Below, in pieces: positions 29,536-42,059 of a stretch of DNA of 64,000 nt. The stretch is from the NCBI GenBank assembly GCA_964016885.1, contig OZ024740.1, forward strand, positions 329,716,001 to 329,780,000, written 5' to 3'. The position numbers and the translations under genes are program-made. Numbering within the stretch: the stretch's first letter is position 1; each line of letters starts with the position of its first letter. Under the pieces are notes generated by a model. The model was not told the origin of the DNA. It did no database searches and was given only the letters and a program-made list of their open reading frames with translations. The stretch comes from Eledone cirrhosa. Lineage: Eukaryota.

Positions 29536-30185
29536 TGCAGGATCTGTGGAGAGAGAGAGGAGACTGTGCCTCACATTGTGTCCGAGTGTAAACACCTAGC
29601 CCAGACCCACTATAAGGGCTGGAGACACGATGTGATGGGCAGGGTGATCCACTGGCACCTGTGCAAAGTAAACAATTTACCACATTCTGAGAAATGGTAT
29701 GAGCATAGGCCAGAGGCGGTGATGGAGAACAATCAGGTGAAGGTGCTGTGGGATTTTAGGATACAGACGGACAAAAAACTGGAACACAATAGACCTGACC
29801 TGGTGGTTGTGGACAAAGAAAAAAGATCGTGTCTGATTGTGGATGTGGCCTGCCCTTTCGACACGAGAGTGCAAGAGAAGGAGAGGGAGAAAATTAACCG
29901 ATACCAGGACCTAAAGTGGGAGGTGAAAAGGATTTGGAACTGCCATGAAGTCAAAGTGATCCCGATTGTCATAGGCGCACTGGGGACTATCTCCAAAGGT
30001 TTCCAGGGATGGTTAAAGAAAATCGGCCCCTCCACGCTTTTTGGAACGCTTCAAAAGGCATGCTTGCTGGGAACAGCAAGAACCCTCCGATACGTCCTGA
30101 ATATCTGAGGCTGCAGGTAGTGGCTTGATATTCATTCCAACGGACTTTCCAGTTAACCAACATCAATGACTGAGATTCAAGGAAT
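29535..30185 (+). mobile_element. R4/Dong-type RLE LINE, 5'-truncated (0.65 kb)
   Basis: ORF 29566-30108 is nearly identical to the C-terminus of the full copy. (AAT)n flanks. Confidence 0.92.
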
Positions 30186-30191
30186 AACAAC

Positions 30192-30264
<73 letters not shown>

Positions 30265-30368
30265 TAATATTTAAATCATTTGTGAAATAACAACTCTTAG
30301 TACAAATGCTACGTAAAGCACCCGGCTTGAGCCCCAAAAAAATTCGGACCCAAAATATATTGTTATAA

Positions 30369-31352
30369 GGCTCAAATATTCAAATATTCAACTTTGTATT
30401 GTACACTGTATATCCAAAAAAAAATGGCAATAAATGGAAGAAGAAGAACCCCCCCCCCCTCCTCTCCTCTGGCTACACTATATAGGACAGCGAAACTCAC
30501 CAACACCAGAAACTAGATACACCACCCACCCCATCATCTGTGTACACTAAACACAACAGCATTTTCACCTTCACCGCCACCGCTCACTACGGCCATCATT
30601 ACCACCACTATCCCATCACCGCCGCCACCACCCCTTGACTCCTTCACTGCTGCTGCCACCGCTACAGCACCATCACTACAGTAATACGGCTCAAATATTC
30701 AAATATTCAACTTTGTATTGTACACTGTATATCCAAAAAAAATAAAATAAAATAAAATAAAATAAAATGGCTATAAATGGAAGAAGAAGAACCCCCCCCC
30801 TCCTCTGGCTACACTATATAGGACAGCGAAACTCACCAACACCAGAAACTAGATACACCACCCACCCCATCATCTGTGTACACTAAACACAACAGCATTT
30901 TCACCTTCACCGCCACCGCTCACTACGGCCATCATTACCACCACTACCCCATCACCGCCGCCACCACCCCTTGACTCCTTCACTGCTGCTGCCACCGCTA
31001 CAGCACCATCACTACAGTAATACGGCTCAAATATTCAAATATTCAACTTTGTATTGTACACTGTATATCCCCCCCCCCCAAAAAAAAATGGCTATAAATG
31101 GAAGAAGAAGAACCCCCACCCCTCCTCTCCTCTGGCTACACTATATAGGACAGCGAAACTCACCAACACCAGAAACTAGATACACCACCCACCCCATCAT
31201 CTGTGTACACTGAACACAACAGCATTTTCACCGTCACCGCCACCGCTCACTACGGCCATCATTACCACCACTATCCCATCACCGCCGCCACCACCCCCTG
31301 ACTCCTTCACTGCTGCTGCCACCGCTACAGCACCATCACTACAGTAATACGG
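30369..31352. repeat. Three tandem ~320-335-bp units upstream of the RLE ORF
   Basis: GGCTCAAATATTCAAATATTCAACTTTG starts at ~30369, ~30688 and ~31024. Confidence 0.93.
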
Positions 31353-31921
31353 TCGCATCACCGCCACCACTGCCTCGGTACCGACATCACCACCACCACT
31401 GTCTCAGTATCGCCAACGCCGCCAGTCTCTGCTGGCTACCACTTCCACATTATAGAATTCCTACTACTAACAAAGAGGAAGGCATCAAAATATATAGATA
31501 GACTCAAAAGAAAAAAGAAAAAACAAACAACAAAAGCAGCACAGCAACAACAGTAAAAAACGAGAAAAACAGAGAAAAACAAAAACAAAAAAAGAAACCC
31601 CAAAAACGTAAAGAAAATAAGAATGAAGAGAGAAGCAGGCGGACGGACAGAGAAGAGGGGGGAAAAAGTAAAACTTAAAAAACAAAAACTAAGTCAGACA
31701 TTCGAATACTACATTACAATGAAACTTATGCTTATTCATTTTTGGGGCCCTTTCTGCCCGTGTGTTTGTTTGTTTATGTGTGTCCGTATACAGCGTGGTG
31801 ATAATGCCACACAAGGGCCAAGTGGGATGGCGGATCCACAGATGGCTATGTAAACATACATTCGCCAATCCTCGATAAGAGTGTTTAAATATCGAACATA
31901 AACAGTTCGAATAACGGTGAA

Positions 31922-34900
31922 ATGGAGACTAGAACGTCATGTGACAGACTCTCACCCAACAGGTGCCCCCTGGCTCAGCAGCAGGAACCTGACTGTCAAC
32001 CAAATACTGCTGATGTTGGAGGAAGAAGAAGAAGGAAAGGGGCCAGAACCAACTGGACGAAAGAATTGAATAGAACTGTTATGCAATGCTACCTGAAAAG
32101 TAACCCCAAGGAGAGGGGCTACAGGAGACGGATGCATAACATCTGGAACGAGATTGGTTTATTTAAATTAGATGAACAAAAATTGGCCGGGCAGGCTCGG
32201 GTAATAAGAACTAATGGGTGGATAAGCGAGCTGGAACTGGAGGAACTGAGCAGAGAGAATGGCTTGGAGATGGCGGGTGTAGTATGCCAGACAAGCGAGC
32301 CGGCAGGAAATGAAGGTGAGGAGGTCCTGAGAACGGAGGAACCACCCGAAGCAGACAATGATCTGAATACTGAGATAAATAATACCTGGAACAGAGATAC
32401 GGCCACTGAGGAGATGAATGCTGACGGGCTAGGACAAGATTCGGTTGACATCCTAAATTTAGTGGTAGATGAGTTGAACAATGATAGTGGGAGACCTATG
32501 AACCTAAGATTTGTAGACAGGAAAAAGTTAAAAGAAACAACAGCTAAGGTAAACAAAGTCATCCCATACCTTGAGGCGAGGAGTCTTCACCAGTGCAACA
32601 ATATCCTCAAAGCAACAGCAAATACGGTGAGGAAACTACTTGGTATAAAAGCGAGAGGAAACAACAGACAAGAAAGAGCAGAGCCGTGGTGGAGGAAGCG
32701 ACTGAGTGGGCAAATCGGGGAAATGAGAAATGACATAGGAAAGCTTGAGTCACTACTGAATGGGACACTAAAAAACATAGGCACTAAAAATAGACTGGAA
32801 ATAAAATACAAAACTAGGAGTAAAAAGCTAAATATTATCATAGAGGAATTGAAGCAACGCATTGTAGCAAAGAGTGCCAAAATCAGGCGATACGAGAACA
32901 GAGTCAGTCAGTATAAACAGAACCGCATGTTCGACAACAACCAGAAGATGCTGTTTGGACAGCTTGAGGGGAAAGAAAGAGGCAACGACTTGATCCCTAG
33001 GGCGGAACAAGCTAAAACATTCTGGAGAGGAATATGGGAGCAGGATGTTAGACACAATGCCCAGGCAGGGTGGATTGAGACAGTACAGAGGGAGATCGGT
33101 GAGCAGGCACAGCAACAGACTGATTTGAGTATCACAGTTGAAACTCTTAAGGGGCAAGCCAAAAAACTAACCAACTGGAAATCACCAGGCCCAGATGGTC
33201 TGCAGGGGTATTGGATTAAACATTTAACATCCCTCCACCCGAAGCTGACGGCCATGTTCAATGACTGCTTGGTGTCGGGTGAGGTGCCAGAGTGGTTGAC
33301 AAAAGGTACCACAGTTCTGATAATGAAAGACCGAATCAAGGGTAATGATGTTACCAACTATAGACCTATCACATGTCTGCCCGTAATGTGGAAACTGTTG
33401 ACGAGCATTGTGTCTGAGGAAATCTACCATCACCTCCACACAAACAACTTGTTGCCGGACGAACAGAAAGGATGCCGAAAGAAGTCACGTGGTACAAAGG
33501 ACCAGTTGCTTATTGATAAGATGGTAATGGGGAATTGCAGGAGGAGACACACTGATCTTGCCATGGGATGGATAGACTACAGAAAGGCATTTGACATGGT
33601 GCCTCATTCCTGGATCACCAAAAGCCTGGAGATCTTCAGGGTGGCAGATAACATCAGACAGTTGCTGGGCAGGAGTATGGGGTCCTGGGAGACAGAGTTG
33701 ACATCAACTGGAGTATCCTTGGGAAGCGTGAAGATCAAGAGAGGTATCTTCCAGGGAGATAGCCTGTCCCCTCTGTTGTTTGTCCTTGCCCTGATGCCCT
33801 TGACCATTATGCTGCGAAAAGTGAGGGCAGGATACAAGTTGGGAAGGGGAGAGCTTACCATCAATCACCTCCTCTTCATGGACGATCTTAAGCTCTTCGG
33901 GAAAAGTGAGAAGGAGTTGGATGTGCTTGTTGACACTGTCCGTATTTTCAGCAGTGATATATGTATGCAGTTTGGTATTGGTAAATGTGGAGTCATTGTG
34001 ATGAGGAGGGGTAGGTTGAGCAGAAGTAACGGGATCCAGATACCAACAGGTGAGATGATAAAGGAAATTGACTCTGAGGAAGGATACAAGTATTTGGGCG
34101 TTCTGGAGGCTGATGGCATAAAGAACAAAAAAATGAAGGAATTGTTAAGAACTGAATACATTCGGAGAGTAAGGAGCGTATTGAAGTCACATCTGAACAG
34201 CAGAAATGCCATAAGCGCAGTAAATTCCCGAGCTGTGTCTATTATTAGGTACAGTGCGGGAATCCTGAGATGGAATGTTGCTGAACAAAAAGAAATGGAT
34301 AGGAAGACTAGGAAGCTATTGACTATCTACAACATGTTCCACAAGAGGAGTGATGTCGATAGACTCTACCTAAGGAGATCTGAGGGTGGAAGAGGTCTTA
34401 TCAGCATAGAGGACTGTGTTCAGATGGAGAAAAACAACCTATACAAATACGTGACCTATAGTAAGGAGCCAATGCTCAGAGCTGTACTGAAGGAGGCGAC
34501 AGTAGGCCAGGGGATACCCAAGGAGGAAATAACATCAAGGAGGAAGAGCAGCCTTAAGGGAAAATCCCTTCATAGTACCTTCTTTGAGAAAACTGAATTT
34601 AGAGATCCACAGACATGGAACTGGTTGAGAAGAGGAGACCTCAAAAAGGCTACAGAAGGAATGCTAATGGCTGCGCAGGAGCAGGCCCTCAAAACGAAGT
34701 GGTTGAAGCACCATATCTACAAGGAGGAGGCTAGCCCACTGTGCAGGATCTGTGGAGAGAGAGAGGAGACTGTGGCTCACATTGTGTCCGAGTGTAAACA
34801 CCTAGCCCAGACCCACTATAAGGGCTGGAGACACGATGTGATGGGCAGGGTGATCCACTGGCACCTGTGCAAAGTAAACAATCTACCACACTCTGAGAAA

Positions 34901-35314
34901 TGGTATGAGCATAGGCCAGAGGCGGTGATGGAGAACAGTCAGGTGAAGGTGCTGTGGGATTTTAGGATACAGACGGACAAAAAACTGGAACCCAATAGAC
35001 CTGACCTGGTGGTTGTGGACAAAGAAAAAAGATCGTGCCTGATTGTGGATGTGGCCTGCCCGTTCGACACGAGAGTGCAAGAGAAGGAGAGGGAGAAAAT
35101 TAACCGATACCAGGACCTAAAGTGGGAGGTGAAAAGGATTTGGAACTGCCATGAAGTCAAAGTGATCCCGATTGTCATAGGCGCACTGGGGACTATCTCC
35201 AAAGGTTTCCAGCGATGGTTAAAGAAAATCGGCCCCTTCACGCTTTTTGGAACGCTTCAAAAGGCATGCTTGCTTGGAACGGCAAGAACCCTCCGATACG
35301 TCCTGAATATCTGA
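31922..35314 (+). CDS. RT + CCHC + restriction-like endonuclease polyprotein (1130 aa, uninterrupted)
   Basis: WKSPGPDG, YRPITCL, EQKG, WIDYRKAFD, GIFQGDSLSP, HLLFMDD, YKYLG; CRIC..ETVAHIVSEC, RHD, RPD..D..EK..Y.DL. Confidence 0.95.
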   Translation: METRTSCDRLSPNRCPLAQQQEPDCQPNTADVGGRRRRKGARTNWTKELNRTVMQCYLKSNPKERGYRRRMHNIWNEIGLFKLDEQKLAGQARVIRTNGWISELELEELSRENGLEMAGVVCQTSEPAGNEGEEVLRTEEPPEADNDLNTEINNTWNRDTATEEMNADGLGQDSVDILNLVVDELNNDSGRPMNLRFVDRKKLKETTAKVNKVIPYLEARSLHQCNNILKATANTVRKLLGIKARGNNRQERAEPWWRKRLSGQIGEMRNDIGKLESLLNGTLKNIGTKNRLEIKYKTRSKKLNIIIEELKQRIVAKSAKIRRYENRVSQYKQNRMFDNNQKMLFGQLEGKERGNDLIPRAEQAKTFWRGIWEQDVRHNAQAGWIETVQREIGEQAQQQTDLSITVETLKGQAKKLTNWKSPGPDGLQGYWIKHLTSLHPKLTAMFNDCLVSGEVPEWLTKGTTVLIMKDRIKGNDVTNYRPITCLPVMWKLLTSIVSEEIYHHLHTNNLLPDEQKGCRKKSRGTKDQLLIDKMVMGNCRRRHTDLAMGWIDYRKAFDMVPHSWITKSLEIFRVADNIRQLLGRSMGSWETELTSTGVSLGSVKIKRGIFQGDSLSPLLFVLALMPLTIMLRKVRAGYKLGRGELTINHLLFMDDLKLFGKSEKELDVLVDTVRIFSSDICMQFGIGKCGVIVMRRGRLSRSNGIQIPTGEMIKEIDSEEGYKYLGVLEADGIKNKKMKELLRTEYIRRVRSVLKSHLNSRNAISAVNSRAVSIIRYSAGILRWNVAEQKEMDRKTRKLLTIYNMFHKRSDVDRLYLRRSEGGRGLISIEDCVQMEKNNLYKYVTYSKEPMLRAVLKEATVGQGIPKEEITSRRKSSLKGKSLHSTFFEKTEFRDPQTWNWLRRGDLKKATEGMLMAAQEQALKTKWLKHHIYKEEASPLCRICGEREETVAHIVSECKHLAQTHYKGWRHDVMGRVIHWHLCKVNNLPHSEKWYEHRPEAVMENSQVKVLWDFRIQTDKKLEPNRPDLVVVDKEKRSCLIVDVACPFDTRVQEKEREKINRYQDLKWEVKRIWNCHEVKVIPIVIGALGTISKGFQRWLKKIGPFTLFGTLQKACLLGTARTLRYVLNI

Positions 35315-35485
35315 GGCTGCAGGTAGTGGCTTGATATTCAATCCAACGGACTTTCCAGTTAACCAACATCAATGACTGAGATTCAAGGAATAACAATAAC
35401 AATAATAATAATAATAATAATAATAAGAAGAAGAAGAAGAAGAAGACGAAGAAGACATTTGAATGTAGAGCTCCTGCAATTTAGA

Positions 35486-35853
35486 TAATTGTTTGTGCTT
35501 TTGGCACAAGGCCTGCAATTACCTCACTACATTACTGGTGCTTTATTTTATAGACCCCGTAATGATGAAAGTCAAAGTTACCACCGTCGGGATTTGAACT
35601 CAGAACTTAAAGAGCCATAATTCTATGCTGCAAAGGATGGTGTCTGACTCTCTACTGGTACTGCCAAATAATTGTTTCTACTTTTTGGCACTTGGCCAGC
35701 AATTATCCCAGTACATTACTGGTACTTTATTTTATCGACCCCTTAAGGATGAAAGGCAAAGTTAACCTCGGCGAGAATTGAACTCAGATCGTAAAGGGAC
35801 GTAACTATGCTGAAAAGCATAATCCAACCTTCTACCGATACTGCCAATTCACC
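35486..35853 (-). mobile_element. Two adjacent tRNA-derived SINEs (Meta-core type)
   Basis: Minus strand has A box TGGCAGTA.C.G, B box GAGTTCAA.T, core CTTTCATC.TTA.GGGGTC.ATAAAATAAAG and tail GGCC..GTGCCAAAA. Confidence 0.82.
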
Positions 35854-36419
35854 AAATAATGAATCGACAGGAGGAATTTAGTTTTATTTCTCGTTTTTTT
35901 TTGTTGCATTTTTCAATTACATACCTTAAGAGAACATTTTAGCTTTAATTTTCTTTGCTTGTGTGAAGTTTATATATAGAATAATATACATAATGTCATT
36001 ATTTAAAAAAATAATAATTTGATTTCGATATAAGCTGAATTCATGAATTTATTTTTTTTAAAGAATGAGTTACTATGACATTTTCGGAAATTATTCTGAT
36101 TTTACGTTTATTCTGTGTCATACAATATCTATTTTTTTTCCTATGGAGAATAGAGATGACGTTTTTAGTAACGCTGAATATTTTTTTTATTTGCTTCATA
36201 TTCTCACGCGTATTGCCAAATTTGTTGAAAATAGAATTATAAAATAGAACATGAATCAGGTTTTCTGTGTTAAATTCTCAAATAAAACACTCCTCTCAAG
36301 GGCCACGGCAATGGAATGTTTGCGACATCAGTTTCCTTCTATTTGTGTTAGATTCTCTAAACAGAAATCTTCTTCTTCTTCTTCTTCTTCTTCTTCTTCT
36401 GCTTCTTCTTCTTCTTCTT

Positions 36420-37985
36420 GAACACGGCGTTGGAATATTTGAACTTCTCCAGATTATTCAGTGTAACACCATGCATATATAGTGTGTACTTCCCAGCCTT
36501 CCTTGAGAGGATTGGTGTCTCAATCTTCGACGCACTGATATTCCTTCTTGCTATGCAGCACTCGTCAACAAACATTTTACGTGCATGTGGAAGATCACAT
36601 TATAACGAGCTTAGTAGTACTATGCTGATTGCAAATTCTATCTGACGGATCCTTCATCCGCCAATCCTGATACGGCTTCCAGCCCAGCTACGCATGTCAA
36701 CTTTGTCCATCAATATTACCAACAAGAGAGGTGACATTACTCACCATTTCCTGAGACAGACGTTGACATTGAATGGTTTTGATTTTACCACTTATCTGAC
36801 AACGGACAATACATGCATTGGCGTAACAACAAGCTCTTCATCGATCCCATTCTCCTGCAGAACATCCGACAACAAGGCTGGTGGAACTTAGTCATATGAA
36901 TTTTTGGTGTCTGCAAAACAAACATACACCTCTTTGGACATGTTCCCAAAAATCTCTAAAAGACCTGCCATCGTATGAATTTTTGGTCAGCTGTGTTAAG
37001 TCCAGGGCGATAGTCACGCACTTTATCTCCTAGACTGGACTCAGAATTATCACTACATTCTTTTGCCATACACATATAGAATTTACCGGGAAGGCTTGAC
37101 AAAAAGATTCATCTAAAATTGCAACAATATTCTGTCCCTATTTTTGAAATGGGAATATCATTCCCGATTGTCATTGCTTAGGTACTTTCCAGATCTCAAT
37201 TCAGCCAAAGAATAATTTCTCTATGTAAGATTTTTTTTATTATATCCGCCCGATTGGCATCCCCTAAACGGTCATGCCTCTTTTGAGCACGTTAATTTCT
37301 CTTGTTATCTCAGCCTCAGTGAGGTTATTCATAGCTCCAAGCTGCACCCCATGTACATCAGAAAATCCTATTGTGACTTGGTTTAGGAGAACAGCAATGT
37401 GTGCTCTCCAACTTCCGAGGGCACAAATATTTTAATTAAACACAGCCACATACCCTTTCTTGATAACATGCCTGGGAGACGATTCTTATTAAGAAATCGG
37501 CGGATTGTCTGAAACAACTGTTTATTTGCTGATCTGAGATCAGATTTCAGCTTAATCCCAAAATATTCCTAAGACAACTCTTGGTGCATTCACTTCGACA
37601 TTTCGCTCTTGCTTGTATGACAAGTGAAGGAATGAGGATCTATTTCCAATCTAAACACTGTAAGTATCTGTCTTTGCTCGAATGTCATCTTAGAACAGTT
37701 GATAGAAGAAAGGGTTCCTCCTACCACCCGGCCTCATACAAAGCCTCTTTCGCCCACAGCCTTTTAAAGGAAAATGTCAAGCCACCGAACACACTCCACC
37801 GTTTCAACTTCCTCAAACTGCTCTCTGATTTCTCTGAATTTGGACGCAATAGTATCCGCAATAGTATTCCTTATCTGTTAGCGCTTCCCACTTCATCATG
37901 TATGTCAAGCTGGTTTTGTGGGTTATCTTGGCTTTAGGATGTCTCAGGTTACAAATAACTAGATGGATACTCAGTTGACAGCTCA
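36420..37985 (-). mobile_element. Decayed RTE-clade (Rex3/Expander-like) LINE
   Basis: Residual motifs SGKVP..Q.G, YRPG..TADQ, IVLLSS..DL.HA..MFVDEC....NISASK.E, FKY. Confidence 0.6.
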
Positions 37986-38842
37986 GTCACTTTATTTACA
38001 TGAACATCTAAAAAAATCAATTGTCCCCGATTCTTCTATCACCATGTGTATTTATGGTTATCTTTGTTCTGAACGAAGGTATTCATAATAGCAATTAAAG
38101 AGCTCAAATGAGGCAGACCATTCGGGAGGATGTCATTTGGGCGGATATATTTTTTAAAAGAATATCATAGAGAAATTATTCTTTATATAATTATTGTATA
38201 TATAATGTACATATAATTTTAAATGTATTTATATATGAGATGATTTGCAGAGACGTGTTAAAGATCTCGATTAACACATATGACAGCAGATATATTCGCC
38301 AAGTCGTTACTTATTTGAAATTGATTAATATCGCAACGTGAATTTATTACTTCATTTACATATATTTTCCTCGATGTAAAATTGACTGTAAATTTCATGA
38401 AGTCAGTTTTTATGCTAACTTTCATTTAAATAAATAGTAATCGATAAAAACAATTTCACGATGTATAATTATACCAAGATATGATCTCTATCGTCTGAAA
38501 GACAGTTGTTTAATATAAAGGAAGCAGCTCATATATATATTTGAAATTTGGAAAATGAATAGCTTATAGAATATATTGTACATGACATTTCATATAAAAG
38601 CAACCTTTCAACTATTAAGCTGAAAGAAATGAATATTCATTCTAAAAGTTTGACGTAAAAGTATAATATGATAATGATGATAAAATGATTTAATGAATTT
38701 GCCAGAAGAACCAATTCGTGCATACAGAATACGTGGACATGGGAAGTTTAAATAAAGTTATATAACAATGATGTTAACGGATATGTTGCGTAATATAATA
38801 AACGTTTAAACGCTATAAAATCAGCAATACAATTTTGGGATT

Positions 38843-39035
38843 GGTGGATTGGCAGTATCAGTAGAGTGTCGGACACCATGCTTTGCAGCATAGAGTTACG
38901 GCCCTAGAGTTACGGTCTGAGTTCAAATCCCGCCGAGGTTAACTTTGCCTTTCATCCTTACGGGGTCAATAAAATAAAGTATCAGTAATGCACTGGGGTA
39001 ATTGTTGGCCTTGTGACAAAAGTAGAAACAATTAT
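38843..39035 (+). mobile_element. tRNA-derived SINE (Meta-core type)
   Basis: GGTGGATTGGCAGTATCAG (A box), GAGTTCAAATCC (B box), GCCTTTCATCCTTACGGGGTC core. Confidence 0.88.
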
Positions 39036-39629
39036 AAAGAATTTATTTATAATTTTACAAATAATGTAAAGAAAATAAAATAAATACGCGAATAACTGAA
39101 TTTGCTCATAGCGGCTCGAATATGGGGAATGTAGTATACCTGAAATTAAGTATAGTAATACTAACAATGTTTCATCATGAATGTACACTTGAGGAGCTGT
39201 CCATGAGACAGAATGGGCAATAAAGAAACCACTTTCTTTTTATAGGCCAGATATAGATGCTGGAATGGTTTTCATCGGTTATGTATCTATTGAGGGTTCA
39301 TTGTATCCGGCACTCACATTTTGCAAACTAGTGACATCTCAGTTTATTTATCCTATTGGACTATTACAAAGATTCACTTGTTGGGCATTGCACATATATT
39401 CAAGAAAGTACTTTGTTTAGTACACTTTTTCAGACACGTCAGCCAGTACAAAATCGCTTATCCCATAGTTAATCAAGAAGCGCGTCCCCAAGGAAAGTTC
39501 CAGCCTTAAATCAAAACGTTATCTACTGGCACATACTCTTCTCCGAATACGGATATGGGTGGTAACTTGAACGTGGACTGCCCCACCTTGTGCTTTCTAT
39601 GTTCACCCCAACAGCTAGCAAAATATGTA

Positions 39630-40915
39630 AAAGGATAAAAAAAAGAGAAGAGTATACAGAAGTAATATACGTTTATTACTATGCATTAGGAAAGTCATCG
39701 TTGGAGAGACACATTGCAAATTCGTACAAAATATGGAGAGTTCTAAATCAAGATAGAGGACCTTATTTGGACAAAAAAAAGGGTTAGCAAATGTTAGGAA
39801 GGATATCGTGAGAAATAGTAAACTCACACGTACGGAAATAACTGCCATCGGGCATGCAGTAAAAAATAACCTAAATATAAGACAATCGGTGCATAAAAAA
39901 TGAGATAAAGTGAGTAGTCAACCAGAAGTCTTAATTGAAAGTTGGGCAACTGAGCAAATATGGCAAAGGACTGAAGAAGTAGGAAATTCTAAAGAACCAG
40001 TCGGGAATAATCGGGAAATTGTAATAGAAACAGAATTTGAAGACCAAGTGTTTGCCGATGGAAACAAAGAGCCTTTGATCGAAGTGAAGCAGAAAATCCT
40101 GAATGATCTAACATTTGTAAGACATACAATCTAGATGATAGAATAGCCTTTTAAAACTCTCAAATACAAAACAAAATTTAAAAACAACAACATTGGTAAA
40201 AATACAAAAGGGAAATCATTAAAAAATTACAACCTGATCATATTGGGTTAAATCAAATAATTTACGCATATGTTAACGTAATTGAAAACACAAAGAAAGG
40301 CACTATGGAGAAGTCAAATTGAAAATAAGATTCATTTAATGAGAACTGAAATATCATTATCAACTCTACTAATAACCAAACGTAATTTATGATAGAGAAA
40401 GGGGATGCGTTTGTAGAGAAAATATGCATTTTCGTCAAGAAAAGGCTGATATTAACAAAGGAAATATTGAAAAAATAGCCGAAGTAAAGGCTTAAAGAAT
40501 ATAAAGATTTGTGTAGAGAAAACAATTCTTATAAGCAAAATAAATGTTTCACCTCCAATGCCATATCATTTTACAGAGAAATAGCGAAGGAGAAAATAAC
40601 CGTTGTAAGCCCCTCTTCCACAGAGGAAATTGAGAACATTTGGATAAAATGTGGATTGAATCAGAATCACAGAACAATCCCAGACAAATCTGCAAGAATA
40701 ATCATGGGAAGACATCTCAATAGCAGGCCTGAGGGGGAAGCTCACAAAGGCTGATAAGTGGAAATCTGGTAAAGATACTTTGAAAATGTTATGGCTGTCA
40801 TGAGCACGTAGAAATTCAGTTCAACTACTCACCGAAATTACAACATGACTGGATAGCAAGTTGTATTAATTATTACAAAAGAATAATGAAACAAAAGATC
40901 CAAACAACGATAATT
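39630..40915 (+). mobile_element. Heavily decayed N-terminal half of an R4/Dong-related RLE LINE (different family)
   Basis: REEYTEVIYVYYYAL..YKIWR..LANVRKDIVRN.KLT..EI and YKQNKCF..N...FYREI parallel the N-terminus of the intact ORF (WTKE..VMQCY..KLAGQARVIR; YKQNRMF). Confidence 0.55.
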
Positions 40916-40974
40916 CATATCGTACACAATTCACTCTATGATATTTTTAGAATTGAAAGGATCACTAATTTCTC

Positions 40975-41056
40975 AACGACTACTGAGGAGCAGAGAAACG
41001 TTTAAACTTCACTTAATAAGTCGTTCCGAAACAGTCTCCAACACTGTCTAGTTGTT
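40975..41056 (+). ncRNA. Type I hammerhead ribozyme (family B)
   Basis: AACGACTA CTGAGGA ... GAA ACAGT ctccaac ACTGT C TAGTTGTT: 8-bp stem I. Confidence 0.78.
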
Positions 41057-41465
41057 ACCAGGTATTTTGGCCCAATATAGATTTGTTATTTTTCTTAATG
41101 TTTCTTAATTTAATATTTAAAGTTAAGTATAACATTTTATATTGCTGTAGTTAGTCATTTTTCACCCCAGCAAATTTTAGTCCATTCGATTCGAACACAT
41201 GTATGTTTATATTAGTGTTCAACTGTCCTGTTTATTCAATTATATTGTACGGCTCGGAGAAGCTTTTTTCAGCCAGGCTGCTATTTTTAGCGGCAGGGAA
41301 TTTCGAGACAAGTTGGGTTCGGAAAAGCTTTTTTCGGCCATGCTGCTATTTTTAGCGGCAGGGAATTTCGAGACAAGCTGGGTTCCGAATGACACGTGCG
41401 ATAAATAATATCGTACACAATTCATTCTCTAATATTTTTAGAAGTGAAAGGATCACTAATTTCTC

Positions 41466-41547
41466 AACAACTACTGAGGAGCAGAGAAACGTGAAAACTT
41501 CCCTTAATAAGTCGTTGCGATACAGTCTCCAACACTGTCTAGTTGTT
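41466..41547 (+). ncRNA. Hammerhead motif (family B), GAAA mutated to GATA
   Basis: AACAACTA CTGAGGA GCAG...TTGC GAT ACAGT..ACTGT C TAGTTGTT. Confidence 0.6.
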
Positions 41548-42059
41548 ACCAGGCATTTTTGCCCAATATAGGTCTATTATTCTTCTTAATTTTACTTAAT
41601 TTAATATTTAAAGTTAAGTATAACATGTTATATTGCTGTAGTTAGTATTTTTTCACCCCAGCAAATTTTAGTCCTTACGATTCGAACACATGTATTTTGT
41701 ATTAGCGTTCATCTCTCCTGTTTATTCAATTATATTGTACGGCTCGGAAAAGCTTCTTTCTTATAGATATTTAATTGTAAGGGACTACCCTGAGTTCTTA
41801 ACTCAATATATATATAGTTATTTGGTTATATACAGTAATTATGTAATTTATATATAATAGAGGTCTCTTAAATTTTTGGGTATCATTCTTGTGTACATAT
41901 GAATTTAAACAGATAATGCGCACATGTATAAAGCAAATGATATATCGAGTTTATCTGCCCTAGGTGTCGGATGTCACTTGACAAGAAATGGAAACAAAAC
42001 TGAAGGAAGATAAAAAAGACAAATAATAACACTAATGTTAATGAGAATAGTAATGCCTC

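Larger units (their letters stand above)
30261..35395 (+). mobile_element. R4/Dong-type RLE LINE, probably full length (5' boundary inferred from the (AAT)n flank)
   Basis: Single long ORF, short 3'UTR and (AAT)n tail. The 1.66-kb leader contains tandem repeats. Confidence 0.8.
40917..41806 (+). mobile_element. HHR-bearing family B, ~1.8 tandem units (~491-bp period), no ORF
   Basis: ATATCGTACACAATTCA at ~40917 and ~41408. Each unit carries the HHR, with a duplicated ~64-bp motif at 41279-41388. Ends in (TA)n. Confidence 0.8.

Noticed and set aside
32119-34212. Antisense ORFs over LINE ORFs (also 16-29 kb)
   Set aside because: Shadow frames of coding sequence with no independent motifs.
38843-38935. 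tRNA genes
   Set aside because: A/B boxes belong to SINE heads, and no full cloverleaf is seen.
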